53,759 bases of DNA from Kribbella sp. (GCA_035697365.1 DASSDE010000781.1:1-53759); one strand, 5' to 3'. Numbered from the stretch's first letter, positions 7,374 to 16,481 are shown. The notes: generated by a model from the letters alone, not told the origin. Numbers and translations: made by a program.

Positions 7374-9311
7374 TCAGGCCTCCACCTTGATCAGTGCGCG
7401 GATCCAGAATCCGCCCAGGACGATGAGCCCGACCGCGCCGGCGACCATCACCAGGCCGAGCGGTGTGCTGAACAGCGGGCTCATGTACTGCGGTTTGCTC
7501 ACCGTCAGCCAGGCGCCGAGCACGATCGGCAGGCCGACGATGATGTAGCCGGAGAGCCGGCCTTCGGCGCTCAGCGCCCGTACCTGGCGGCGCGTCTGCG
7601 CCCGCTCGCGCATGGTGTCGACGGTGTTGGTCAGTACCTCGGCCAGGTTGCCGCCGACTTCGCGCTGGATCCGGGTGGCCATCACCACCCAGCGCAGGTC
7701 GTCGCAGCGCATCCGGTCGGCGACGTGGTTGAGGCCGTCCTCGAGGTCGACGCCGATCCTGGTCTCGGCCAGTGCGCGCGAGAACTCGCCGGCGGCCGGT
7801 TGGGTGCCGTCGCGGACGACGGCGTCGACAGCCTGAGGGAGTGAGAACCCGGAGCGCAGCGATCCGACGACGAGTTGCAGTACGTCCGGGAGCTGCTCGC
7901 CGAAGGCCGCGCGACGGCGGCTGATCCGGATGCTGACCAGAACGTGTTGCGCGATCCAGGCAGCGATGAGTCCGATCGGCAGGCTGAGCAACCGGTTGCC
8001 GGACAGGAGCATCACCATGACTCCCAGCGCGGCGCCGCCGCACAACACCAACGACACCCATTCGGCAGGCCCGCGCTTCAGATCGGCCAGGTCGAGCCGC
8101 TTCGCGAGTCCCTGCTCGGCACCGCTGGATCGCAGGACCTGGCCGACCAGTCCGACAGCGCCGGTCTGCTCGACGGTGCCTGCGTCCTCGCCCGACGGGT
8201 GCTCGCCGCGACGAGGTCCGTACCGGCCGAGCTGCCGGGCCAACCGCCGCGTGGCGTCTTCACGCGCTCCTTGCCAACGAAGCAGGATGACGCCGAGCAG
8301 GAGCATCAGGAAGACGCCGGCCAGCAGTGCGATGAGTTGCCAGGTCCAGATGGATCGGTGCGGACGGACCGGCGGCGGTGCGACCGGGGGCGCCGGCGGC
8401 GCAATCGTGGCGAAGGTCAGCGGAGTCTTGGCGCTGACCGAGCCGATCGAGACGAGCAACGTGACGGTCCGGCCGGCGAGTGCGTCCGGCACGGTGACCT
8501 CGACCTTGGCACGGTCAGAGAAGTTGCGGGCCGCAGCCGCGAAGGCCGCGGTCAGGCTGGCCGCGCTCTGCGCGCTCAGGGTCCGGCCGCCGGAGGCCGA
8601 CGCGAGCTGCCGTGCTGCCGTCGCATCGCCCGCTCCGTACCGGAACGCGACGACGTCGGTCGGAACCTGCTCCGCTGCCAGTTGCCTGGTGACCGCAGCA
8701 AGGCTTGCTTTGCTGGACGTGTCGACGCCGTCGGACAGTACGACCAGCCGGCGCTGCGCCGACGGCCCGAGGCGGGCAGCGTCGAGGATCGCGACGGCGG
8801 CCTGCACTGCGTCGTACAGGGCGGTGTTCCCGGCGGGCTGCGTCTGCGCCAGCGCGGTGCGCACCACCGCGCGGTTCGTCGTTGGCCGGACCAGGAGCCG
8901 CGGCCGGTCCGAGAACGTGAGCAGGCCGGCCTGAACGTCATCGGGCAGGTTGGCCAGGTAGTTGAGCGCGGCTTGGCGTGCCGCGGCAATCCCCGACGCA
9001 GCCATCGAGCCGCTGGTGTCCAGCACAACGACCACCGCGCGCGGCGGCGCGGCTGTCGCTGCCGAGCTGCTCACCGGCGTCACTCGAGCCGGCAACTGTG
9101 TTTGGTCGGCCAGCACGCGCACCGTCTTCGCATCCAGCCTGCCGGACACATTGGCGGTCGTCAGGACGAAGTCGGCGTGGCCCGCGCGGACCTGCACCGA
9201 ATCGATGCGGGCCGTCGGCGTTCCGTCCGCGGACGCGATCCCCGGCAGCATGGCCAGCGTTGCGGCCGCGGCAGCCAGTACCGCGCCCACGAGCTGCCGT
9301 CGGCTCCTCAT
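7374..9311 (-). CDS. tadB: TadB (T2SS F family) fused to an N-terminal exported VWA domain
   Basis: ATG 9311 overlaps the tadA stop; signal peptide; MIDAS DTSGS..T..LSDG; then TM and QLPDVLQLVVGSLRSG..QREVGGNLAEVL..ALSAEGRLS. Confidence 0.9.
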   Translation of the reverse strand: MRSRRQLVGAVLAAAAATLAMLPGIASADGTPTARIDSVQVRAGHADFVLTTANVSGRLDAKTVRVLADQTQLPARVTPVSSSAATAAPPRAVVVVLDTSGSMAASGIAAARQAALNYLANLPDDVQAGLLTFSDRPRLLVRPTTNRAVVRTALAQTQPAGNTALYDAVQAAVAILDAARLGPSAQRRLVVLSDGVDTSSKASLAAVTRQLAAEQVPTDVVAFRYGAGDATAARQLASASGGRTLSAQSAASLTAAFAAAARNFSDRAKVEVTVPDALAGRTVTLLVSIGSVSAKTPLTFATIAPPAPPVAPPPVRPHRSIWTWQLIALLAGVFLMLLLGVILLRWQGAREDATRRLARQLGRYGPRRGEHPSGEDAGTVEQTGAVGLVGQVLRSSGAEQGLAKRLDLADLKRGPAEWVSLVLCGGAALGVMVMLLSGNRLLSLPIGLIAAWIAQHVLVSIRISRRRAAFGEQLPDVLQLVVGSLRSGFSLPQAVDAVVRDGTQPAAGEFSRALAETRIGVDLEDGLNHVADRMRCDDLRWVVMATRIQREVGGNLAEVLTNTVDTMRERAQTRRQVRALSAEGRLSGYIIVGLPIVLGAWLTVSKPQYMSPLFSTPLGLVMVAGAVGLIVLGGFWIRALIKVEA

Positions 9312-10717
9312 CGGTGGACCTCTTCCGAGCCGAAGATCCGCTGCGGGAGCCGGATCCCGCGGTCGGTGAGACGGTCGAGGAAGGCGGGCCGCAGACCGGT
9401 CGATCGCAGTGTGCCGCGGAACCAGCCCCCCTCGTCGACACCCGCATGGAAGTCGAACTGGAAGAGGTCCTGGAGCGTGACGATGTCGCCCTCCATGCCC
9501 GCGACCTCGGTGATGTGGGTGATCCGCCGGGTCCCGTCCTTGAGCCGGCTCTGGTGCACGATCAGGTCGATCGCCGAGGCCATCTGCTCGCGGATCGCGC
9601 GCTGCGGCAGTTCGACGCCGCCCATCAGCACCATGGTCTCCAGCCGCGCGAGCGAGTCGCGCGGCGCGTTCGAGTGCACGGTGGTGATCGAGCCGTCGTG
9701 ACCCGTGTTCATCGCCTGCAACATGTCCAGCGCGGCTCCGTCCCGGACCTCGCCGATGATGATCCGGTCCGGCCGCATCCGCAGGGTGTTGCGGACCAGG
9801 TCCCGGATCGCGATCTCGCCGCGCTTCTCGACGTTCGCCGGCCGGGCCTCCAGGCGCAGCACGTGTTCTTGCCGCAGTTGCAGTTCGGCGGCGTCCTCGA
9901 TCGTGACGATGCGCTCGTCGTCGGGCAGGAACGAGGACAGGACGTTCAGGGTGGTCGTCTTGCCGGAGCCGGTGCCGCCGCCGATCAGGATGTTCAGCCG
10001 GCCGCGGACGCACGCCCGGAGCAGTTCCGCGACCGGTTGGGTGAGCGTGCCGAACGAGATCAGGTCCTCGACCGTGAACGGGTCGGCGGCGAACTTCCGG
10101 ATCGTCAGCAGCGAGCCGTCCAGTGCGATCGGCGGGACGACGGCGTTCACCCGGCTGCCGTCGGGGAGCCGCGCATCCACCATCGGGCTGGCGTCGTCGA
10201 CGCGGCGGCCGATCCGGGACACGATCTTGTCGATCGTGCGGCGCAGGTGGCTCTCGTCGGTGAACGCCGCGTCGACCGGTTGCAGTCGTCCTTCGCGTTC
10301 GACGTAGATCTGGTCGTGGCCGTTGACCATGATCTCGGAGACGCCGGCATCGCGCAGGTACGGTTCGAGCGGGCCGTGGCCGAGGATCTCGTCGGCGACC
10401 TCCTGTGCGACCCGCGCCCGGTCGGCCGCTGTCATGGGGGTGTCGTCACGTTGCAGTACGGTCTGCAGCGTCCGCGTGACCTGCTGCTCGAGGAGGCGCT
10501 GGTCGAGGTGGGCGTCGTACAGCTTGGGGCCGAGGCTTTCGAGCAGGCCCTGGTGCACGCTCCGTTTCACGCCGGCGAACGGATCGGCATTCCGCGCGGC
10601 ACGACGCGGTACGTCGGTGCTCGCCTGGGCACCCGGAGGGTTCGCGGGTGCTGCCCGCCCGGTCTGTACTGCGTCGCCGGGATGCGCCTTCTGGGCGAGA
10701 CGCTCAGAAAGGTTCAT
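9308..10717 (-). CDS. tadA: Tad pilus ATPase TadA/CpaF
   Basis: Walker A GGTGSGKTT, IEDAAEL, LRMRPDRIIIGEVR, AMNTGHDGS. Confidence 0.96.
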   Translation of the reverse strand: MNLSERLAQKAHPGDAVQTGRAAPANPPGAQASTDVPRRAARNADPFAGVKRSVHQGLLESLGPKLYDAHLDQRLLEQQVTRTLQTVLQRDDTPMTAADRARVAQEVADEILGHGPLEPYLRDAGVSEIMVNGHDQIYVEREGRLQPVDAAFTDESHLRRTIDKIVSRIGRRVDDASPMVDARLPDGSRVNAVVPPIALDGSLLTIRKFAADPFTVEDLISFGTLTQPVAELLRACVRGRLNILIGGGTGSGKTTTLNVLSSFLPDDERIVTIEDAAELQLRQEHVLRLEARPANVEKRGEIAIRDLVRNTLRMRPDRIIIGEVRDGAALDMLQAMNTGHDGSITTVHSNAPRDSLARLETMVLMGGVELPQRAIREQMASAIDLIVHQSRLKDGTRRITHITEVAGMEGDIVTLQDLFQFDFHAGVDEGGWFRGTLRSTGLRPAFLDRLTDRGIRLPQRIFGSEEVHR

Positions 10718-11892
10718 GACCGCCTCCCCGCGCCACGACGGGCGAATGCCCGGGTCCTGACAGCCACCGGCCGGCTGAGCAGGCGGTCGTTGGCGAAGCG
10801 AGTGATGGCCTGGCTGACAGGATGGGTCGGCGTGCCGATCACGATCGGAACGCCCTTGTTGATGGAGATCGGGACGTTCCGGCTGGACGGCACCTGCCCG
10901 TTGAGTGGGCTGCGCACCACGCGTTCGACGTCGGCAGTCGACAGACCGACCTTCGAGTCCGAACGGTTGACCAGCACCGACCGGATGTCACGTGAGTACG
11001 ACAGCAGGTCGAGCATGTCGATCGTCAGCCGGAGGTTCTTCAGCGCCGGCGTGTCCGGTGTGGTCAGTAGGACGTGGTGATCGGAGACGTCCATGGCGGT
11101 CAGTACGTGCTCGCTGAACTGTGCCGGGGTGTCGACGACGACGAAGTCGTACATGCCGCGCAGCACCGTGAGCAGTTCGCCGACCAGTGCGGCAGGAATC
11201 TTTTCCGCGTCACCCGGCGCGATCGGCGCGAGCAACATGTCCAGCCCCGGCCGGTACGGCGTCAGCAACGAGGCCGCACCGGTCGTGTCGAGGTGGCCGG
11301 CCATCGGCAACGCGTCGCTGATCGTCCGGACCGGATCCAGTTGGACGCTGATCGCGACGTCCCCGAAGGCGAGGTCGAGATCCACCAGGCAGACCTGTTC
11401 GCCATGGGCCGCGGCCAGCGCGGCGGCCAGGTTGATGGCGAGGGTCGTCTTGCCGCAACCGCCCTTGGCGGAGAAGACGGTGATGACCTTGCCCTGCCGT
11501 GCGGGTTCGGGCTCGTCGTGGAAGCGCAGGTCGGTCCGCGCCCGCTCCGACAACACCCGGGAACGTTCACACGCGGCGTGCAACGCGACGGTGTCACCCG
11601 CGGCGACCACCTCGCGCACGCCGGACCGGAGCGCCTCCGTGAGCAGCGCGACGTCCACCACGTCGCGGATCAGGATCACGCCGGTGACCGGCCGGTCGAA
11701 CCGCACCTGCGCAGCGAAGCGCAGCGCCGCGTCGGTGTCGATGCCGGGCCCGACCACCACCAGGTCCTCGGCGGGGTCGTCGTTCAGGGCCCGGAGCGCA
11801 GCATTGAGGTCGTCGACCGACGTGACGTTCCCGCCGAGGTCCGGGACCAGGTCGTCGTCCGGCGCGGTAGCCGGTTGGCAGCGGATGGTCAT
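10714..11892 (-). CDS. cpaE: CpaE/TadZ MinD-like ATPase with receiver-like N-domain
   Basis: Deviant Walker A KGGCGKTT, VDLDLAFGD, VVVDTP; position between cpaB and tadA. Confidence 0.9.
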   Translation of the reverse strand: MTIRCQPATAPDDDLVPDLGGNVTSVDDLNAALRALNDDPAEDLVVVGPGIDTDAALRFAAQVRFDRPVTGVILIRDVVDVALLTEALRSGVREVVAAGDTVALHAACERSRVLSERARTDLRFHDEPEPARQGKVITVFSAKGGCGKTTLAINLAAALAAAHGEQVCLVDLDLAFGDVAISVQLDPVRTISDALPMAGHLDTTGAASLLTPYRPGLDMLLAPIAPGDAEKIPAALVGELLTVLRGMYDFVVVDTPAQFSEHVLTAMDVSDHHVLLTTPDTPALKNLRLTIDMLDLLSYSRDIRSVLVNRSDSKVGLSTADVERVVRSPLNGQVPSSRNVPISINKGVPIVIGTPTHPVSQAITRFANDRLLSRPVAVRTRAFARRGAGRRS

Positions 11893-11901
11893 CGCAGTGC
11901 C

Positions 11902-12714
11902 TCACTTCTTCTTGGATGTCGGGGCCACCGGGAACAGCGGCTCGTCGTGGTCCTGGACCTTGACCTGGGTGGACGGGCCGAGCAGCGTCAGGTACGGCAG
12001 CGAGGTCTGGGACAGCTGGATCAGCCGCTGCGCGTCCAGCTGGCTCGCGGCGAACGTCACGAGCGTCATGTCGTTCTGCGCCGACCCGGCGCCTTGCGAC
12101 AGCGCACCGTTGCCGGCCTTGGCGTCGTTCTGGGACGTCGCCGGGCCGACCGCGAGGACCCGGACCTTCGGAATCACGACTGCGGTCTTGTTGATGCCCT
12201 TGCCCTGCTGCTTGTGCTGTCCGGTGCAGTTCGGCTGGCCACTGGCATCGCTGTTGCTGGTGGCAACGACCGTACCGAAGACCGCGACGTCCGATCCGGC
12301 CTTCACGTTGCCGGCCACCATCTCCGCGCTGCAGAACGTGATGCTGACGGCGACCTGGCCCTCCGGGATCATCAGTCCGCTCGTAGCCTGTGCCGTGGTC
12401 ACGAGCATCGACTTGAGCAGCAACTGGCCGGGGCTGAGATCGGACGCGGTGACGAGCGCGTCCTGGGCCGGCGTGAGCTCCGTGAGCGCGTCGGCCGACA
12501 CCGAGGAGGCAGGCAGCGTCTCCTGGTGCAGTGAGGCCTTGGCGTCGCGGGCCGCGGTGCCCGACGGAATCGCCTTGCCGACGACCAGGACGGTCACCGC
12601 CTGCTGCCCGGCCACCGCGCGGGCATCGGCGCGATCGACGTAGACGAGCACGGCTGCGGTCCCGAGGACGGCCAGCGATACCGCCAGCACAATGGTCAGA
12701 ACTCGACGTTTCAT
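11902..12714 (-). CDS. cpaB: Flp pilus assembly protein CpaB/RcpC
   Basis: ATG 12714 after GGAGAGAG; N-terminal TM, SAF-like VLVVGKAIPSGT, VAGNVKAGSDVAV, VRVLAVG. Confidence 0.88.
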   Translation of the reverse strand: MKRRVLTIVLAVSLAVLGTAAVLVYVDRADARAVAGQQAVTVLVVGKAIPSGTAARDAKASLHQETLPASSVSADALTELTPAQDALVTASDLSPGQLLLKSMLVTTAQATSGLMIPEGQVAVSITFCSAEMVAGNVKAGSDVAVFGTVVATSNSDASGQPNCTGQHKQQGKGINKTAVVIPKVRVLAVGPATSQNDAKAGNGALSQGAGSAQNDMTLVTFAASQLDAQRLIQLSQTSLPYLTLLGPSTQVKVQDHDEPLFPVAPTSKKK

Positions 12715-12739
12715 GGTTCTCTCTCCTCTGCTGGCGGTA

Positions 12740-13852
12740 TCAGCCGGCGAGTTTGACGATCGCGGCACCGAAGTACGGGCCGGAGCCGACGGTGGTGGAA
12801 GCAGGCACCAGGGCCTGCGTGAAGTGACCGAAGATGCAGGACGGCGTGGTCTGGCCGTTCGGGCAGTCAGCCTTGGTGTACGGCGACGGAATGACGTCCT
12901 TGAGCGGGTTCATGTTCGCGTAGCCGGTCAGGACGAACGCGGCGAGACCGACCATGTGGTACGTCGCGCCGCTGCCGGTTCCTGTCGTGGTGTCGAAGAT
13001 CGGGATGAAGATCGGCTGCCCGCCGGCGACGTACGACGTCAGGATGTCCTGGCACGCTTTGGAGATGTTCTTGCCAGGATCGCTGCCGGCGACCGGACCG
13101 CTCTGCGTGACGTCGATCGCGGCGCTGCATCCGCCACTGTCGGCCAGCCAGCCGAACTCCCCAGGAGCGCTCAGGCCGTCGCACGTAGGCGCGTTGGGCG
13201 CGTCGCGCACGAAGATGACGACCTCTTTGCCATAGGTGGGCTGCGAGCTCCCGCCGGTCGCTCGATTCCAGGCGCACAGCGACAGGGTCATCGCGATCGA
13301 CTGGGAGACCTTGACCGCGGGTCCCCAGATGGCGCGGGCGCAGGCGAGGACCGTCGAGCCTTGGTAGCCGGCGTTTCCGGTCAACGTGCGGGCGAACACC
13401 GGCGGCAACAGCGACGAGCCGCCGGCCGTCCGGGTCGCGGTGTGGACGTCGACGTAATTCGTAGCGGACGTGGGCGCGTTCGGGCAGTCGACCGGTGTTC
13501 CGCTCGATCCCGGGCATCCGGACAGGCCGCTGTTGGGGCCGGAGCCGCAGACCAGAGTTACGGCGGACGTGCCGTCCTTGGCGTTGAGGTTCGCGTAGTT
13601 GGCTGCCCTGTCGGGGGCGCAGGCCTGGCCTGTGACGCAGCTCTTCGCGACGGCGATTGCGCCGGAGTCGGCGCCGTTCTGCAGCTCGGCGCGCTCCTGG
13701 TACAGCTGTCCGACGTCGACGGTCAGGGCCGCCATGCCGAGCAGTACGCCGGTGCCGAGCAGGGTGCCGACGAGGATGCCGAAGGCACCGCGGTCGTCCG
13801 CGCCGAGCCGGCGCATCACCACGCGCAGGAACGGTGGAATCAGGTTTCGCAT
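12740..13852 (-). CDS. TadG-like minor pilin, Cys-rich
   Basis: Class III signal DDRG/AFGILV; LTVDVGQLYQERAELQNGADSGAIA Tad-domain motif. Confidence 0.85.
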   Translation of the reverse strand: MRNLIPPFLRVVMRRLGADDRGAFGILVGTLLGTGVLLGMAALTVDVGQLYQERAELQNGADSGAIAVAKSCVTGQACAPDRAANYANLNAKDGTSAVTLVCGSGPNSGLSGCPGSSGTPVDCPNAPTSATNYVDVHTATRTAGGSSLLPPVFARTLTGNAGYQGSTVLACARAIWGPAVKVSQSIAMTLSLCAWNRATGGSSQPTYGKEVVIFVRDAPNAPTCDGLSAPGEFGWLADSGGCSAAIDVTQSGPVAGSDPGKNISKACQDILTSYVAGGQPIFIPIFDTTTGTGSGATYHMVGLAAFVLTGYANMNPLKDVIPSPYTKADCPNGQTTPSCIFGHFTQALVPASTTVGSGPYFGAAIVKLAG

Positions 13853-14349
13853 GGCATGACTCCTACGGCGGACAGCGTGGTCTGGCCGCTGAGGCCGTTA
13901 CCACCGAAAAAGCCGACGAGATAACCCAGTCCCGGCGAGAACTGGAAGGTGTAACTGGTTTGCACGCTGCCGTCGCTCGCCATCGCGCCGGCGCCGACCG
14001 GGCAGGACCTCTGGATCGACACGTTGACCGGGCTCAGCCCGGTCGCGGCCGCCTGCGTCCGGCCGACCACGTCCTGCTGGCCGAAGGCGACCAGCCGCGA
14101 GCCTTCGCGCGCAGCGTTCGTCAGGGTCTGTTGGGCGTTGAGCATCCGCCCGAAGTCGATGATGCCCAGCACGATCAGCAGCATCAGGGGGAGCAGCAGC
14201 GCGAACTCCACAGCGGCTGCGCCGCGGTCCGCGCTGCTGCGCCCATGGAGCGAGCGCGGCAGCATGCGGCGTACCCGTGCCGCGCGCCGGTGGTGCGATC
14301 CCCGGCCGTGGTGAGTTTCCCCGCCGCGGCTGCCTGGTCTCGGATCCAT
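13840..14349 (-). CDS. tadE: TadE-like pseudopilin (alternative start 14265)
   Basis: DRG/AAAVEFALLLP..IIDFGR..AAREGSR; GGGAG RBS before ATG 14349. Confidence 0.88.
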   Translation of the reverse strand: MDPRPGSRGGETHHGRGSHHRRAARVRRMLPRSLHGRSSADRGAAAVEFALLLPLMLLIVLGIIDFGRMLNAQQTLTNAAREGSRLVAFGQQDVVGRTQAAATGLSPVNVSIQRSCPVGAGAMASDGSVQTSYTFQFSPGLGYLVGFFGGNGLSGQTTLSAVGVMPCET

Positions 14350-14378
14350 GAGTTCTCCCTGGTCGGTGGCCCGACCTG

Positions 14379-14564
14379 TCAGAGGTGGGCCGCGACGTCG
14401 GTGAACAACTTGGCGACGGCCGGGCCGAGGATCAGCAGGGCGGGAACCACGACGACGGCGATCAGCGCGGCCAGCAGGCCGTACTCGATCATGGTGGCGC
14501 CACGCTCGTCGCGGCGCGTCCGCTCGATGGCGGTCTGTACGTAGGTGAGCAGCTGGATGAGCAT
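14379..14564 (-). CDS. flp: Flp family type IV pilin
   Basis: DERG/ATMIEYGLLAALIAVV Flp motif; AAGGAG RBS. Confidence 0.95.
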   Translation of the reverse strand: MLIQLLTYVQTAIERTRRDERGATMIEYGLLAALIAVVVVPALLILGPAVAKLFTDVAAHL

Positions 14565-14582
14565 CTGGAGCTCCTTGTTCTG

Positions 14583-14605
14583 GGGCGGGTCCGAAAGACC
14601 CGCCC
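14583..14605. promoter_or_regulatory. 9-bp inverted repeat upstream of flp containing a DosR/OsdR-like box (14588-14601)
   Basis: GGGCGGGTC-CGAAA-GACCCGCCC; minus-strand core GGGTCTTTCGGACC differs by one base from the box at 39355. Confidence 0.5.
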
Positions 14606-14717
14606 GATCGATCGACCGGCGATCTGCCGATCGGTACCGCTACGGTGTGGTTTCGCGGGCCCGGCCCGGTAGCGACCGATCGGCCAGGAATCCCGCACCG
14701 CTCGGTGGACACGACGG

Positions 14718-14791
14718 CGATCGGCCGACAGCCTGTCGGCCAAGCGCCCGACAGGTCGGGCGATCGGTCAGCATCGGTTGGCGTTCGGCCA
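14718..14791. promoter_or_regulatory. Palindromes and phased TCGG repeats in the flp/peptidase divergent region
   Basis: GGCCGACAG-C-CTGTCGGCC (14723-14741), CGCCCGAC-AG-GTCGGGCG (14745-14762), TCGG at 14764/14774/14785. Confidence 0.45.
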
Positions 14792-14845
14792 GTCGTCCGT
14801 CGCGGTCGTTTCGGTACGTGCCGGCCGCGCCGTACCTTGACCGGC

Positions 14846-15550
14846 ATGTACCTCACCTGGATGGTTGCCGGAGGCATCATCGGCTTCGTCGCCGGACTGC
14901 TGCTGCGCGGCACGGTGTTCCGGCTGTCGCTGCCGTCGGGAACACGCACGAGTTGCGCACGTTGCGCGGCACCCCTGCAGGGTCCGCTCAGGATCCGTTG
15001 CGGGCAGTGCCATGGCTGGTACGGCGTCCCGCTCGTCCTCGAGCTGGTGACCGCGGCCGTGGTCGCGCTCCTGCTGTGGCGGTTCGCAGGCCTGCCCGAA
15101 GCGGCGCCGTACGCCTTCGTCGGGGTGATCGGTGTCGCCTTGGCAGCCGTCGACCTCTCGGTCCAACGGCTGCCGAACCGGTTGACGTTCCCGCTGTATC
15201 CGGGGCTGGTTGGCTTGTTCGGGCTCGCGGCGTTGCTCGACGGTCATCCCGGTCGGTTGCTCCGCGCCGTACTGGGCGGACTTGTTCTCGGCGGGTGCTA
15301 TCTGGTGCTGGCGATCGCCGGCCGTGGGCAGCTCGGTGGGGGTGACGTCAAACTTGCCGGCGGGCTCGGCATCGCGCTCGGCTGGCTGGGCTGGCCGACT
15401 CTGCTCGCCGGAGCGGCGCTCGGCTTCGTGATCATGGGTGTGGCCGGCGCCGCGCTGCTGATCGCCCGGCGGGTCACGCTCCACCAGGCGATCAGCTTCG
15501 GCCCCTTCATGCTCGGCGGAGCCCTCCTCGCCGTCCTGGCCACCGCGTGA
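14846..15550 (+). CDS. A24 family prepilin peptidase
   Basis: Two catalytic Asp motifs (VDLSVQRLPN, GGGDVKL), SFGPFM, N-terminal CxxC..CxxC. Confidence 0.9.
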   Translation: MYLTWMVAGGIIGFVAGLLLRGTVFRLSLPSGTRTSCARCAAPLQGPLRIRCGQCHGWYGVPLVLELVTAAVVALLLWRFAGLPEAAPYAFVGVIGVALAAVDLSVQRLPNRLTFPLYPGLVGLFGLAALLDGHPGRLLRAVLGGLVLGGCYLVLAIAGRGQLGGGDVKLAGGLGIALGWLGWPTLLAGAALGFVIMGVAGAALLIARRVTLHQAISFGPFMLGGALLAVLATA

Positions 15551-15571
15551 GGCCTCCGTCCCGCCGTACTA

Positions 15572-15585
15572 GGGCCGAAAGTCCC
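15572..15585. promoter_or_regulatory. DosR/OsdR-like box upstream of response regulator 1
   Basis: GGGCCGAAAGTCCC flanked by A and T; 2 mismatches to the DosR core GGGACTAAAGTCCC. Confidence 0.65.
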
Positions 15586-15603
15586 TGTTCCCCCAGTCTC
15601 GGT

Positions 15604-15618
15604 GTTACCTAATGTAAC
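15604..15618. promoter_or_regulatory. GTTAC-N5-GTAAC palindrome
   Basis: AT-rich inverted repeat 21 bp before the regulator 1 start; outer arms fit the BldD-type TnAC-N5-GTnA pattern, centre does not. Confidence 0.35.
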
Positions 15619-15639
15619 GGCGACACCGGGGGAGCAACT

Positions 15640-16323
15640 ATGAGTAATCAGATCAGGATCGTGGTCGTCGACGGTCACACGCTCACGCGCTTCGGGCTTC
15701 TCGGCCTGGTGGCCGGACAGCCGGACCTGGAGGTCGTCGGGGAGGCGTCCCTGGGCGCCGAGGCGTTCACAACGGTCGCAGGCTCCGGCGCCGACGTGAT
15801 CGTGCTCGACACGGTGCTGCCGGACGGCGACGGTCTCCGCGTCGCGCGAGACCTGCTCGACCGGCGCCCGGGCCTCGGGATTGTCCTGCTGACGTCCGAC
15901 GGGCAGGACGACGTCTTGTTCCGGGCGCTGGAAACAGGTGTGTCGGCGTTCGTTCCGAAGGTCGCGCCGGCGACCGAGGTCCTGGCGGCGATCCGGCACG
16001 CGGCCGTCGCGGCCGGTTCGTTCATCGCCAGCGGACTCGGACCTGCCATCGCCCGTCGAGGTGCCTCCGCCGCGAAGCCGGGGAAGGACCGGCCGGCGGG
16101 CGGCCCCACGGTGTCGCTCAGTCCGCGCGAGACCGAAGTACTGGAGATGCTCGGCAGGGGCTTGCCGGTCGCCGCGATCGGCACCGCCTTGTACGTCAGC
16201 CACTCCACGGCCAAGACCTACGTCGCCCGGCTGTACGAGAAACTCGGCGCGACCAACCGGGCCCAGGCGCTGATGCTCGGACTGCGGTACGGCCTGATCC
16301 GGCCGCACCAGCCCACCGCCTGA
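15640..16323 (+). CDS. NarL/LuxR family response regulator 1 (orphan)
   Basis: Receiver VVVDGH..VLD..LT..K and LuxR HTH LSPRETEVL..STAKTYVARLYEKLG. Confidence 0.92.
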   Translation: MSNQIRIVVVDGHTLTRFGLLGLVAGQPDLEVVGEASLGAEAFTTVAGSGADVIVLDTVLPDGDGLRVARDLLDRRPGLGIVLLTSDGQDDVLFRALETGVSAFVPKVAPATEVLAAIRHAAVAAGSFIASGLGPAIARRGASAAKPGKDRPAGGPTVSLSPRETEVLEMLGRGLPVAAIGTALYVSHSTAKTYVARLYEKLGATNRAQALMLGLRYGLIRPHQPTA

Positions 16324-16481
16324 CCGAGGGAACCGGGTAACCAAGCGCTCAACTATTCCGGTGAAAAGCACCTGATCGAAATCCGTAACGGACTGTAGGT
16401 GGCCGCCGATTGTCGCTACAGAAGGTGACATCAGATCCATCTCCGGCCGCAACCGCCGGAGCGTGTCACGGGGGGAACATC

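Noticed and set aside
14600-14800. Repeated CGATCG units as a CRISPR array or tandem repeat
   Set aside because: No constant 23-47 bp repeat with unique spacers and no cas genes; better explained as operator sites.
16384-16412. CGTAAC as a BldN-type ECF sigma -35 element
   Set aside because: The downstream hexamer at 16-17 bp spacing (CCGATT/CGATTG) is a poor match to CGTTGA.
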